Shown in pieces: positions 38,487-48,416 of a stretch of DNA of 64,000 nt. Positions within the stretch are counted from its first letter, which is position 1. Each line of letters begins with the position of its first letter. The notes below the pieces were generated by a model, which saw only the letters and a program-made list of their open reading frames with translations, was not told where the DNA came from and ran no database searches. Position numbers and translations under genes: made by a program. The DNA is from a virus: IMG/VR virus record IMGVR_UViG_3300028591_000123, positions 1-64,000 of that record; one strand, given 5' to 3'.

Positions 38487-38927
38487 TCATAAATATAATC
38501 TTCGTGAAAAAACACCATATACTGAATCAACCGTAAGATCTATTCTCATTGTGAAACGACCATACTTATCATATCGTTGATTAGGGGATGGTTTGACAAT
38601 ATCGATTTTAGGAAAATCATTAACCTTGTTTTGAAATTGAGGAATGGTATCTTTTATATAAACTTTAGCTAGCTCAATTGTATGATATGTTAAATTCATT
38701 CCTCTTAATTCTAACAGCCTGCTTCCATAATTTTCAAGCCCAACCCCATCAATTATTCCTAATGGAGTATGCAGGCATCCAACAATGCCTTGCCAAAGAG
38801 CTTCCTGATTCTCAAGTATTATAATGTCATCCTTTTCAATAACAGTAGTTTCATCAAAATCAATCGCTCCGGGCCAGAAATTATTTCCTTTATCTGTTAA
38901 TAAGTCCTGAATCTCACCACGTGCCAT
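38487..38927 (-). CDS. gp25/GPW-like baseplate wedge protein
   Basis: ILENQEALWQGIVGCLHTPLG...YGSRLLELRG pattern; adjacent to baseplate J. Confidence 0.65.
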   Translation of the reverse strand: MARGEIQDLLTDKGNNFWPGAIDFDETTVIEKDDIIILENQEALWQGIVGCLHTPLGIIDGVGLENYGSRLLELRGMNLTYHTIELAKVYIKDTIPQFQNKVNDFPKIDIVKPSPNQRYDKYGRFTMRIDLTVDSVYGVFSRRLYL

Positions 38928-40080
38928 AAGCATCATCCTCTGTATAATCATAATCGGTATCGATAGTGATATCATTAGCCAGGATTCTTTGATAAGGCTG
39001 GATTATTAATCTTTGAGTCTCTTCATCAATCTCAATCTCGCCCTTAGGTTTTGGTATAACCTCTAATGCGTAAATATCATAACTGCTGATGATGTAATTT
39101 AATATGAAAGCTTCTAATTTTTTAATGTTAACATTAAATCCAACGTAAATGTTTTGATTGAAAAATATATTCACAGCTGTTTTAATTGAGTCTTCTAAAT
39201 CATTAACGGTGTAGCTGTCATATGTTTGTTTTCCCAGGATTTTAACATTGACTTGGAAATCAACATTGACACGCATAACTCTCATGTAGTGGTACTTGAC
39301 TCCTACGACTTTTTTTCTTTCAAGCTGAGCGACAGCATCGTAAAATTCATCATCGGAGTTGCAATCTAATGCGATTAATACGCTTCCGAGTCCATCCCAG
39401 TATTCCTTGATATTATAGTCAGATCCAAAGTATCCCAGTTCGCCAATCGCATCTTCTATTTGCTGTTTGCTTCCGTCTCGTATATATCGATAATTGGCGA
39501 GTCTGTTCCTTGTATCAAAAGCTGTTTCTTCATCGACGCCTCCGAATGCAGGAAACTCATTCGTCACATCGACTTCCTGAAACAGATCCCCTTCAAAATA
39601 TCTTAATGTGTTTTCGGCGACGTTGCCAATTGTTCCAAAATCAACACAATATGCGGGAATCCTTACCTGATACGCATCCTTCCAGAATATTTTTGATTCC
39701 GCTGTCCTGAAAACAATGGGGTTCATTTCTTCTGTTTCGACTTCCAATCCTCTTGGGATGAATATGTCTTCGGTGTTTTCCCCAAAATTTCTTCTTGTGA
39801 ATGTTAATATTGTCTTCGCAACTCTTGATGTTCTTTTTTCAATAAAAGGTTTAAGTAGGATTTCCAAAACAGCCTCATCTGTACAATCATCTATTTGTAT
39901 GTTGCTTATATACGAAGCTATGGTTTGCAGGATTGTTCCGAAAACCCTTGCAAAAACAGCGTAATAAATATTTATTCTTGATGTTTCAAAAACCTCATTG
40001 ATCAATCCTTTTTCCTGAGCGATTCGTTGTAGGTCGGCAAGGATTTCATATTCATCAAGAACTGTCACCTCTATTGCCAT
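38914..40080 (-). CDS. baseplate J-like protein
   Basis: IPRGLEVET...FRT..., PAYCVDFGTIGNVAENT, VTNEFPAFGGVDEET...RNRL. Confidence 0.88.
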   Translation of the reverse strand: MAIEVTVLDEYEILADLQRIAQEKGLINEVFETSRINIYYAVFARVFGTILQTIASYISNIQIDDCTDEAVLEILLKPFIEKRTSRVAKTILTFTRRNFGENTEDIFIPRGLEVETEEMNPIVFRTAESKIFWKDAYQVRIPAYCVDFGTIGNVAENTLRYFEGDLFQEVDVTNEFPAFGGVDEETAFDTRNRLANYRYIRDGSKQQIEDAIGELGYFGSDYNIKEYWDGLGSVLIALDCNSDDEFYDAVAQLERKKVVGVKYHYMRVMRVNVDFQVNVKILGKQTYDSYTVNDLEDSIKTAVNIFFNQNIYVGFNVNIKKLEAFILNYIISSYDIYALEVIPKPKGEIEIDEETQRLIIQPYQRILANDITIDTDYDYTEDDAYGTW

Positions 40081-40091
40081 TTAAGGCCTCC

Positions 40092-41153
40092 TTAATTTGT
40101 TTTTGTTAATACTATATTTAAGCTGGTGTCTCCTGTAACAACAAGATTCTCTGCGGCGGTGTAGGCATTATATCCTTCCGCTGTTGCGGTTACCACGTAT
40201 GTTCCAGGGTCAACATCTCTTAACGTGCATCCTCCGGCGCTTCCGGTTGTTCCTGTTTTAGAACTTTCTCGACCGGTGCTTGTCAGGGTTACGGTGGCTG
40301 ATTCAACAGGTTTTTCTCCATCGGTGACTGTAACTGAAATGTTAGCGAATTTTGAAGGAGGAGCGACAGGGTCTCGTGGGGTTGATATGTCTTCTTTCAA
40401 GTATATATCTTTAATGCTTGTCAAACCTCCACCCCAGTTCCATAAACCAATCGTGTTCCTTTCGACATTCTCCACTACTCCAATCATTTTACCATCAACA
40501 AAGAATCCTGCCTTGTCCCCGTCTCTAATGATTTTGATTTCATAAACACCAGGTCCAAACATGATTTCATCATATTGCTGATAATCTGTACGTTCATCAT
40601 CAACAAAAGTTTCTATACCGAATCCTTTTGAAGGTATATCTATTCCCAATCTGTATCCTGTTGATAAATCTTCATCATAACCAAAGAAAATCACATTCCT
40701 GTATACATTTTTAGGGATATTACATTCATACGTAAATGATAATTCATACTGGGTGTCTGTCGTAAATTCATCACTTATGAACATGCTGACGAATCTTGCC
40801 GTGACACTTCCCTTTTCAATATTGATTTCAGGACTGCCCTTTTGGGAATGATATTTCTCATCATTAAGGAAGTTGTCCAAGTATGCGAAATCATCATTCT
40901 GATAAGCGTACCCGAGGAAGACATCATTCTCATCATACATGGGAGTGTATAATCCATCATCAAAGGCGTTTTTATTATATAATCCGTTTTCAATATCAAT
41001 AGGATTGATTAATGACATTGTGTCGGGATCGAAGGTAAAAGAAGATTCATTATCATCTTGATATGAAAAAGTATCCTGTTCAAAAAACGGAACAACCGTC
41101 AATCCTAATAATTCCTGCCATCTTTTTCCAGGGTTTTTGTTCATTTTTCCCAT
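40092..41153 (-). CDS. virion protein with lectin-like beta-sandwich and C-terminal carboxypeptidase-regulatory-like Ig domain
   Basis: YEIKIIRDGDKAGFFVDGKMI and VTVTDGEKPVESATVTL...TGSAGGCTLRDVDPGTYVVTATAEGY. Confidence 0.6.
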   Translation of the reverse strand: MGKMNKNPGKRWQELLGLTVVPFFEQDTFSYQDDNESSFTFDPDTMSLINPIDIENGLYNKNAFDDGLYTPMYDENDVFLGYAYQNDDFAYLDNFLNDEKYHSQKGSPEINIEKGSVTARFVSMFISDEFTTDTQYELSFTYECNIPKNVYRNVIFFGYDEDLSTGYRLGIDIPSKGFGIETFVDDERTDYQQYDEIMFGPGVYEIKIIRDGDKAGFFVDGKMIGVVENVERNTIGLWNWGGGLTSIKDIYLKEDISTPRDPVAPPSKFANISVTVTDGEKPVESATVTLTSTGRESSKTGTTGSAGGCTLRDVDPGTYVVTATAEGYNAYTAAENLVVTGDTSLNIVLTKTN

Positions 41154-41155
41154 GT

Positions 41156-41476
41156 TCAGGCCCCCTCGTCAATATCTTTTTCTTTCTCTTCCATGTCATT
41201 CGCAACTCTTGTGCCCGCTGATATTGTAGCATCAAGGATTTGAGGGGCTGTGTAAGCGGTTAAGAAAGCCACAAATGGTGAGGCGAACAATTCAGGATTT
41301 GTTTCTCCCAAGGTCAAAGCCGCGACAACACCAATGACAACAGTTCCGATTGATCCCAGATTAAATCTTCTCTCTCCATTCAATTCATAAAATTGAGGGA
41401 AGACAAAATATCCTCTCATTATTATAATTCTAAAAACCAAAGCGATAATTATCGCAATACATATTTCCATTTTCAT
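41156..41476 (-). CDS. holin-like membrane protein
   Basis: Three hydrophobic segments, charged C-tail, near the endolysin. Confidence 0.5.
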   Translation of the reverse strand: MKMEICIAIIIALVFRIIIMRGYFVFPQFYELNGERRFNLGSIGTVVIGVVAALTLGETNPELFASPFVAFLTAYTAPQILDATISAGTRVANDMEEKEKDIDEGA

Positions 41477-41477
41477 G

Positions 41478-41864
41478 TTATCCCTTTATCATTTCTTGTA
41501 AAACTTCTCGAATTTCATCATGCAAGTCTTCTCTGCTTAATTGATTATTCATAATTTGTTGTTGATTCTGTTCTAAATTCTTATAATTTTGGTATTTATA
41601 AACAGCGATTTCCTCATGGAATTTATCAATCATAAAAACAGTCAGTATGGCTAATAAAAAAGCTACAATTCCTAACAGAATTTGAATATAATCCATTGGA
41701 TGTGCCTTCGCTCCCATAAATATAAAGTCAAAAGCCAAAGCGATCAGGGTTGTGCTTACGGTTGTTTTGACAAAGTGACTGACCCAAAAGTCTTGTTTAA
41801 AAGAAAAACGAGGCTCGTTCTCACTATCCATTATCATCACTTTTAATATATAACATATTTTCAA
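41478..41864 (-). CDS. two-TM membrane protein (holin/antiholin-like)
   Basis: Two TM helices then a coiled-coil tail; lysis context. Confidence 0.5.
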   Translation of the reverse strand: MKICYILKVMIMDSENEPRFSFKQDFWVSHFVKTTVSTTLIALAFDFIFMGAKAHPMDYIQILLGIVAFLLAILTVFMIDKFHEEIAVYKYQNYKNLEQNQQQIMNNQLSREDLHDEIREVLQEMIKG

Positions 41865-41885
41865 AATTTCTTATTTAAAGATTAA

Positions 41886-42047
41886 TTATTGTGAAAAACC
41901 ATTATCCAATATATCATCCTTATCCGGAGAGTTCTTGGCGTTGCGTTTGCTATTGATAAACCATTGCATCTCCATAACATGATTCCTGGCGCCGAAATGG
42001 TTGAACATAAAATTATTGTATCTTTGTAGAATATCTAAATAACTCAT
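41886..42047 (-). CDS. small hypothetical protein (53 aa, not in ORF track)
   Basis: MSYLDILQRYNNFMFNHFGARNHVMEMQWFINSKRNAKNSPDKDDILDNGFSQ with AGGTGATG RBS. Confidence 0.6.
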   Translation of the reverse strand: MSYLDILQRYNNFMFNHFGARNHVMEMQWFINSKRNAKNSPDKDDILDNGFSQ

Positions 42048-42057
42048 GTAACATCAC

Positions 42058-43128
42058 CTATTTTTCTCTCGTTATTATACATAGGGCTTTTTGATTTCCC
42101 GGGGTATGTTTTGCATAATAATCCTGAGCAGCGTACTTTCGATCCTGCAGGTGGCCGAAATAACCACCATCAGATTTCCTATTACCTAATGAATTAAGAA
42201 CCCTTACGAATTTTGTGTTTATATTAATCTTATCTAACATTTCATAATGGCCGAAGATTGAATAATTGCTTCCGTAGTTCACACCACTATCTTGATAACC
42301 AATGTGCCATATTATAGCCGTATTTGGCTTGTCAATAAGTTTTCCAATGTTTTTCAGTTTCTCTTCCGTTGTCTTTCCCATATCGCTATAATATTTCCAT
42401 TGTATCTTAAAAACAGCGCCATATGTCTTTCCGCACCACATTATTCCGGATTCGATTCCAGGATGTCCCGTGCCCGCAGATGTCGTACCCATTTTGCTTG
42501 CTAAGAGAGATTCCTTGATTGTTATATTCAAAAGCTTTTTCATAGCCTGTTGAACAGCATTTGGACCGCAATTATAACTGGTGTTCTGTCCTAATCCTGC
42601 TTCTGAAGTGGTGAGATGAGGTTTTGATACATATATTCCATTAAATGTTTCCGCTTTTTTTGTGCTTGCGGAAGCTTTCTTTTTCAAATCATTTGAATTA
42701 AACATACAATAATTCGGCAAAACATTGTTTGTCAGATAAAAATTCCCAATCTTAGCGACACAATAACTGAATAATTCATAATCAATCTTATACCCTTTAT
42801 GAGATATATAAGCCGGAACTCTTGAGTTTGTCTCGCAATAATCAATAAATCGCTTGATCATATCAAGATAATCGTTTTTCATGATTTTCAGATTACTGGT
42901 TGAAGAGGAAAAGCTTATATTATATCTGTTCATGTTCTTCAAGGTCACATCATTTTGTTTTATATTATATATGACTTTTGATATTAGGTATGTTATTGTG
43001 TAATTATTATATTGTTTGCTGTTGATTGTGGAAAAATTTGGCAAAGTTTTGTTTTTTTCAATAAACACCTTAATCTCTTGTGATTCCTTTAATAAGTCTT
43101 TTTTTAAAATTTTAACCAAAAATCGCAT
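42058..43128 (-). CDS. endolysin: pseudomurein-binding repeats + C39-like cysteine peptidase (putative pseudomurein endoisopeptidase)
   Basis: PMBR-like segments (DYLDMIKRFIDYCETNSRVPAYI; YCVAKIGNFYLTNNVLPNYC); catalytic-like QNTSYNCGP, GHYE and LNSLG. Confidence 0.8.
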   Translation of the reverse strand: MRFLVKILKKDLLKESQEIKVFIEKNKTLPNFSTINSKQYNNYTITYLISKVIYNIKQNDVTLKNMNRYNISFSSSTSNLKIMKNDYLDMIKRFIDYCETNSRVPAYISHKGYKIDYELFSYCVAKIGNFYLTNNVLPNYCMFNSNDLKKKASASTKKAETFNGIYVSKPHLTTSEAGLGQNTSYNCGPNAVQQAMKKLLNITIKESLLASKMGTTSAGTGHPGIESGIMWCGKTYGAVFKIQWKYYSDMGKTTEEKLKNIGKLIDKPNTAIIWHIGYQDSGVNYGSNYSIFGHYEMLDKININTKFVRVLNSLGNRKSDGGYFGHLQDRKYAAQDYYAKHTPGNQKALCIITREK

Positions 43129-43153
43129 CCTCCAAAAAAATTGTAATATTTCA

Positions 43154-43170
43154 CTTATTTAAATTTTTTT
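43154..43170 (-). promoter_or_regulatory. archaeal promoter upstream of the endolysin
   Basis: On - strand AAAAAAATTTAAATAAG: A-rich BRE + TTTAAATA box. Confidence 0.5.
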
Positions 43171-43210
43171 CTGAAGAATTTTTTAAATGTTAATTCAAGT
43201 TATTTTTTAT

Positions 43211-43224
43211 AAAAAAAAGAAAGG
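43211..43224 (-). terminator. oligo-T archaeal-type terminator
   Basis: CCTTTCTTTTTTTT on - strand just after the stop at 43233. Confidence 0.45.
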
Positions 43225-43232
43225 ATAATATA

Positions 43233-43460
43233 TTATTTTCTTATCCTTATAATGAAGATAAACAAGATAGATGTTAATAGGAGAACGATTGGATATCCAG
43301 TTTTTTTATTTGTTTCTAATGAAACAATAGGGTTTTTTATTGTTTGCTCATTAGGTTTGTCTGTAATTGTGTTGTTTGTTATTGTATCATTCTCATATGA
43401 AGTATTGTTTTCTTCATGATGCGTATTGTTTTCTGTTATATTGTTATTATATGCGTGCCA
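43233..43460 (-). pseudogene. start-less ORF encoding the C-terminus of a methanogen surface protein (N/T-rich spacer + KKTGYP-TM-basic tail)
   Basis: Hand translation WHAYNNNITENNTHHEENNTSYENDTITNNTITDKPNEQTIKNPIVSLETNKKTGYPIVLLLTSILFIFIIRIRK; in-frame TAA immediately upstream. Confidence 0.55.
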
Positions 43461-43659
43461 TTAATCCTAATAATCCTGCGATGATAAAGTAGAATACTAT
43501 CACAAAACTCCACCAGACCCATCCGGTCAATCCTAATGCGGTTGCCAGGTAAGTTCCCAGGATAATCGTACAGATAAATGGCAGTACTGCCAGTACGAGA
43601 ATGAATAATATTATTCCCATGACTCCAATTCCAATTAATAATTCTTCAATCATAAGCAT
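43447..43659 (-). CDS. small hydrophobic two-TM membrane protein
   Basis: 70 aa, almost wholly hydrophobic; GGAGG RBS. Confidence 0.7.
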   Translation of the reverse strand: MLMIEELLIGIGVMGIILFILVLAVLPFICTIILGTYLATALGLTGWVWWSFVIVFYFIIAGLLGLMARI

Positions 43660-43707
43660 CCTCCTTTTATTTCATATTTATTTTTTTAATATTTATTTTC
43701 ATATCCT

Positions 43708-44955
43708 TTATCCTACTCGCTCCCACATATAAACCGCTAAATATGGTGGCATGTTGTTATGCGCTTCTGACGCATTTTGCGCGGTATTGTCGTTTGATGT
43801 TTTGGTTGTGTTGTTTGCAGTTGCAGTTATGCTTGTACCATACGCAACAGCAGTTGAAGTTCCTGGCTTTCGGTTTGTAGTGTTGAGCTTGTAGGTTGTG
43901 TCTGAATGTGCATATGTATGATTGTGAGCAGGCACTCCACTTTGACTAGCGGTTAATTTTACTTCCGCACTACCACCAGTCGCACCATTCTCATATGTTG
44001 TTCCACTCGCCAACAGGAATGTGTCTCGTATTCTTTCCCATTCGCCATCGAAGTAATTGGAAGGGTTTACACTATTAGTTGTGATATGTACAGAGCCGAT
44101 AGGGTATATCTTGTCGAAGAAAGTGGCTTCATGGTACCATTGCTTATTGCTTAATGTTAATTCCACATTACTCGTTGTGTCGTTTCTAAGTACCAATTTT
44201 CCATCAAAATCATCGTCAATAGTGGTATTATCAATTATTAGTTTGTCTTCTGTTACTTTGACATTGTGAGTTCCAACTGATAATGAATGTTTATACTGAA
44301 ATTCGAATGCATCACTATATAATGAAAGTGCATCTGTTGCTACTACGACATTGAATTGATAATATTCATTTGTATTGCAAGAGAATGTGAATTTGATTCC
44401 GTCATTTTCTGCGAAACTTATTGAGTTTCCTTTATTTGTTATTGTCGCTGTGTATTGTAGATCATTTGTGATAAGTTTTGCTGGTGTGAAGCTTGTTGTT
44501 ATGAGGTTTTTATTTGTTGGAGTGATTGTTCCTTTGTCTATTTCAGGTTTTGTGTAGAACCATTGATTCCCAAGTGTGCGAAGTTTATAGTACAAATTCG
44601 TTTTTTCATAATGAACATTCCAAGTTTTCAATAATGTAGCTTCTGAAAGAGGAGTGGTAAATCTTGCTGAACTAGTACCTGTTTGAATATAGAATAATGA
44701 TATTGTTTTTATATCCGTATCTAATAGTTTTTGTGTGATTTGAATAGTCCCGTTGGTGCTTGTTGATGTCGCAGTTGCTAACCTTTTATCATCATTGAAT
44801 GAATTGCTATATGTTTTGTTTCCATCTGTTTCTTCGTTGTAATTAATCCACCATATCGCCAGTTTATATTCAGGCTCGGAAGAAGCATCATATGTCAAAG
44901 TGATTTCATCGCCAAGAATTCCATTCAAAGGTGTCAGGTCATAAGTTACTGTCAT
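43708..44955 (-). CDS. tail fibre/baseplate tip protein (gp10/gp12-like C-terminal domain)
   Basis: KIYPIGSVHITTNSVNPSNYFDGEWERI...GATGGSAEVKLT...PAHNH...AHNNMPPYLAVYMWER. Confidence 0.8.
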   Translation of the reverse strand: MTVTYDLTPLNGILGDEITLTYDASSEPEYKLAIWWINYNEETDGNKTYSNSFNDDKRLATATSTSTNGTIQITQKLLDTDIKTISLFYIQTGTSSARFTTPLSEATLLKTWNVHYEKTNLYYKLRTLGNQWFYTKPEIDKGTITPTNKNLITTSFTPAKLITNDLQYTATITNKGNSISFAENDGIKFTFSCNTNEYYQFNVVVATDALSLYSDAFEFQYKHSLSVGTHNVKVTEDKLIIDNTTIDDDFDGKLVLRNDTTSNVELTLSNKQWYHEATFFDKIYPIGSVHITTNSVNPSNYFDGEWERIRDTFLLASGTTYENGATGGSAEVKLTASQSGVPAHNHTYAHSDTTYKLNTTNRKPGTSTAVAYGTSITATANNTTKTSNDNTAQNASEAHNNMPPYLAVYMWERVG

Positions 44956-45872
44956 AATCGTTCCTCCCCATATTTTATAAGTTCATCTATTGTCGCTTCG
45001 GTTATGATTCGTGTGCAAGTTTTCACTCTGAAACTTGATATTGTTCCAACACTTGTTCTTATTTCTATTATATTTTTAGTAATTTCAGAATTGTCTGTGC
45101 TAATAAATTCATGATTGTTAACTGTAATTGTTAAATCATTAGTTAACTTGTCTTGCTTTATCTTGACAGTATTTTCAGAGGTCATATTCAATGCTGTATT
45201 GAATTCATCACCACTTTGTGTTTGAATTTGAATTTCTTGATTTAAATATTGTACGAAAACACCGCCAACAGCGGGGTCTCCTATCTCTATACTTCCTTGA
45301 CAATCATTATCCTCTATGTTAGGATTGATTGTGAATATTATGTCAAAATCATAATCTTCAAAAGAAATGTCGAATATGTTTTTATTTTCATCGACGAGGG
45401 GAATCAGAGTCTTATAATCACAGAAGCTGTCATTATTAATTATACCATTGCTGGTGATGAAGCCACTATCATTATTCAAATCACTCGTATTTGAAGGAAT
45501 GCTTGGCTTATTAGTCAAGTTATTATAATCCCCATCAAAAAATGTTGGGAAGTCTGTTATTTGTGACTTGGTATGAGTGTGACTTGCTTCTGCATACAAA
45601 CTGCTCTTGGGGTGTCTGTGGTCGCTTCTCGCCCAGGTCGTGCCGGTGCCGACACTACCATTGGTTGTATCGGCGGATGGAGTTGCTGAAGAAGCGCTTG
45701 GAACACTTGAGCTTGTGATGAATCCACTATTATTGTTTAATTCACTTGTAGCGGATGGAATGCTTTCTCTTATATCCTGATGAGCATTACTGTTGCTGTT
45801 ATGGGAAGAGATGAGATTGTTTATTTTATTGATTATCGCATTTGCCACATTGGTTACACCTTGGCTGGGCAT
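44952..45872 (-). CDS. tail fibre-related protein
   Basis: Fibre motifs GTTWARSDHRHP and HTHTKSQITDFP; repeat SELNNNSGFIT / SDLNNDSGFIT. Confidence 0.7.
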   Translation of the reverse strand: MPSQGVTNVANAIINKINNLISSHNSNSNAHQDIRESIPSATSELNNNSGFITSSSVPSASSATPSADTTNGSVGTGTTWARSDHRHPKSSLYAEASHTHTKSQITDFPTFFDGDYNNLTNKPSIPSNTSDLNNDSGFITSNGIINNDSFCDYKTLIPLVDENKNIFDISFEDYDFDIIFTINPNIEDNDCQGSIEIGDPAVGGVFVQYLNQEIQIQTQSGDEFNTALNMTSENTVKIKQDKLTNDLTITVNNHEFISTDNSEITKNIIEIRTSVGTISSFRVKTCTRIITEATIDELIKYGEERL

Positions 45873-45890
45873 GTTTCTTCACCATCCTGT

Positions 45891-47072
45891 TTAATTTGTT
45901 AATGCGGTTGTTATCGCATCAAGATAATCTTCTATCTCGTCATCAACATCGCTGATTGCAAGGTCGGATTTATTATTCCAGGAACTGATATTCGCGCTTG
46001 TTATTCCCTTGGCGGCGCTGCTGTTCCAGTTATCCGCATAACCAAGGCTGGTTTGAACCCCGGAGACAAGCATTGACTTTGAGATAGCTCCGCTTGAAAT
46101 ACTGAACTGGTTGCCGGTTAATGTTAATCCTGATCCGGCCGTATAAGTATCTATCAAATCACTTACTAATACGTATAAGTGTTCGTCCGTGCCGCTTGAG
46201 TCCTTTGTATTGATTACGAAATCAAGGTACTTGTCTCCGACCTCATAACCGGTTACGGGAGTGTCTGCCGTGGATACTGTTCCCACGGTCGCGGATTTGA
46301 CCAAGTAATCCTTTGGAATGTTGATGGATGCTCCGACTTTTGCTCCGTTCTGTTTCACATGATAGGTTGCGATGTATCCGGATTCGGCGGTGGCTTGTTT
46401 TTCAACGGTCACGGTTTTGCTGTCAAGACTCTGATGAGTGGTCAGGAAACCGCTGTCATTGGTCAGTTCGCTGGTCTTCGTTGGGATATCATCTGTATCG
46501 GCTTTAGCATCCAGAGCTTCCTTGATAACCTTGTTCTGAACCGGATTAGTTGAGATTCCGGAGAGAGCCGTGTCTATGGTTACCTGATTGGCATTGGCGC
46601 TGATGCTGTCCAGTTTAGATTTATCGGTTGGACTCATTAAACCGGCTGCCGTAGCAGACGCGGTAGTGGATGGGATTGTGATTGTCCTGTCGGTCATTCC
46701 TGTTACATGACCCTGATTATCATTTATAATTTGTGAAACAGTTACGCTGTCTCCAAACGTGGGAGTCTGATTCGCGGCAGGCTTCCCGGTTCTTGCGGTC
46801 TGTGAGGGGTGAACATACTTGTTCGCCTCGGCTTCGATATTATCCAGTTTCGTCTTGTCAGAAGAACTCATCAAACCGGCGGCGGTGGTTGTGGCGGTGG
46901 TCCATAATCCGCTGATGTAATCCTTGACCGCCTTGACGGTTGGATAGCTGGTGGTGTCGCTGCTGAAGTCACCGGATATGTCGGTCTTCTTATTGCTTTG
47001 CTTGTTTTCAAATTTACTGTTCAATGCATTCACGAACGCATTGATCTTACTAGTATCAACCATAAGTATCAA
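45891..47072 (-). CDS. tail fibre-related protein
   Basis: Duplicated AAGLMSxxDKxKLD, ANKYVHP, NPVQNKVI, SELTNDSGF. Confidence 0.7.
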   Translation of the reverse strand: MILMVDTSKINAFVNALNSKFENKQSNKKTDISGDFSSDTTSYPTVKAVKDYISGLWTTATTTAAGLMSSSDKTKLDNIEAEANKYVHPSQTARTGKPAANQTPTFGDSVTVSQIINDNQGHVTGMTDRTITIPSTTASATAAGLMSPTDKSKLDSISANANQVTIDTALSGISTNPVQNKVIKEALDAKADTDDIPTKTSELTNDSGFLTTHQSLDSKTVTVEKQATAESGYIATYHVKQNGAKVGASINIPKDYLVKSATVGTVSTADTPVTGYEVGDKYLDFVINTKDSSGTDEHLYVLVSDLIDTYTAGSGLTLTGNQFSISSGAISKSMLVSGVQTSLGYADNWNSSAAKGITSANISSWNNKSDLAISDVDDEIEDYLDAITTALTN

Positions 47073-47098
47073 AATCTCCTATTATATAAAAATTATCA

Positions 47099-48394
47099 TC
47101 ATAAACTGTTAATCTCCGTGGCTAGGTTGTAAAGCATCATATCTATATCTGAATCTATCAAGTTGGCCACGGCCTTGTTGGATGGGTACATTATATCGCT
47201 TGTGACATCAAAGGAAGTGTCGCTTGTCTGCTTGTTTTCCAGTAATTCGGCTCCGGCCGGAGTAGTCCCTGATCCGCTCCCGGAGTGGGTCGCGACATAA
47301 TTGACGACAGCCTGGCTTGTCGGAATCTTATTCGGCGTGTTTGTGACGGTGTTGGTCACAACCGGATCAGCCATCCATGATCCTATCGTATTTGATGATA
47401 CATTCAAGTACCTCGTGTATGCCTTATCACCTATTATGATTCTCTGCATCACATATGAAACCCCATTCAAGATGGTTGAGTGAACGTCCATAGGGGCTTT
47501 TGTGATGTTTTCAATCGTGGATGAGGCTCCGTTTTCAGATGTCTTATATGTGATTGAGAAGCCGTTTCCGTTCTGGTTCACTACATTATAATAATCTGGA
47601 TTTATAGTTGTGTCCATGTCAAGGTAGTCAATCTCAACCCGTTCCTTGTTTTGTGATGTATCCTCCAGTAAATCTATTCTGCTGTCGCCTGTTGTAGTGT
47701 TGGATCCCCAGATTTCTCTTTTCAAAGTTGTCATGTCGGCTTCGACATCGCTTAAATCGTTTTGGATGGAAAGGTTCTCATCAGTAAGGGTTTGAATGCT
47801 GTTTGTGATTTCTGATGTATCTATGCCGCCTGATGATATTCTATTGCTTAACTCATCATAGGATTGTTTCAAATCGGCTCTGAGCTGCAGGAACTCGCTG
47901 AGATCCACAAAGTTGCTGTTATCGAAGGCTATGCCGGTATCCCCTATCTTGACCAGTTCCTTGTCATCTCCGGATCCGGCCAGGATATATTCATCATACT
48001 TGTTCTCATTCTGGATGAGATAGACTATGTTTGTCTCAAGGTTGTCGATATCGTTTTCCAATGACCCGAAGGTTGAGTAGTTTGTGTTGGTTGTGAATCC
48101 TGTGAGGTATTGAAGCTTGTTGTAGTTTTCCTTTGATAATATGACGGCATATGTTTTTCTTATCTCCCCATTTGGGATATTGATGTTGTTGATCTTATTG
48201 TCCAGGACATCATCATCTGATATGTACTGATTGACTTCCGTGATTTCAAGCACGAAATCTCCAATCTGAAGATCTTCCTGAATGTTCTCTTCAAGGCTTT
48301 CGTATAATGCTGAGGTGACGGTTGTTGTTTTTATATCAACTACTCGCCAGATGTTTTCATCGCTGATTCTTGTTCGTCCATTGTAGATTGGCAT
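47099..48394 (-). CDS. tail fibre-related protein with coiled coil
   Basis: KYDEYI...ELVKIGDT and YPSNKAVA motifs; position in the fibre cluster. Confidence 0.6.
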   Translation of the reverse strand: MPIYNGRTRISDENIWRVVDIKTTTVTSALYESLEENIQEDLQIGDFVLEITEVNQYISDDDVLDNKINNINIPNGEIRKTYAVILSKENYNKLQYLTGFTTNTNYSTFGSLENDIDNLETNIVYLIQNENKYDEYILAGSGDDKELVKIGDTGIAFDNSNFVDLSEFLQLRADLKQSYDELSNRISSGGIDTSEITNSIQTLTDENLSIQNDLSDVEADMTTLKREIWGSNTTTGDSRIDLLEDTSQNKERVEIDYLDMDTTINPDYYNVVNQNGNGFSITYKTSENGASSTIENITKAPMDVHSTILNGVSYVMQRIIIGDKAYTRYLNVSSNTIGSWMADPVVTNTVTNTPNKIPTSQAVVNYVATHSGSGSGTTPAGAELLENKQTSDTSFDVTSDIMYPSNKAVANLIDSDIDMMLYNLATEINSL

Positions 48395-48416
48395 TTATTG
48401 ATTCCTCCTGTTTCCC

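Noticed and set aside
43708-44150. Diversity-generating retroelement target in the tail-tip gene
   Set aside because: This domain type can be a DGR target, but no reverse transcriptase or TR/VR duplicate is visible in the window.
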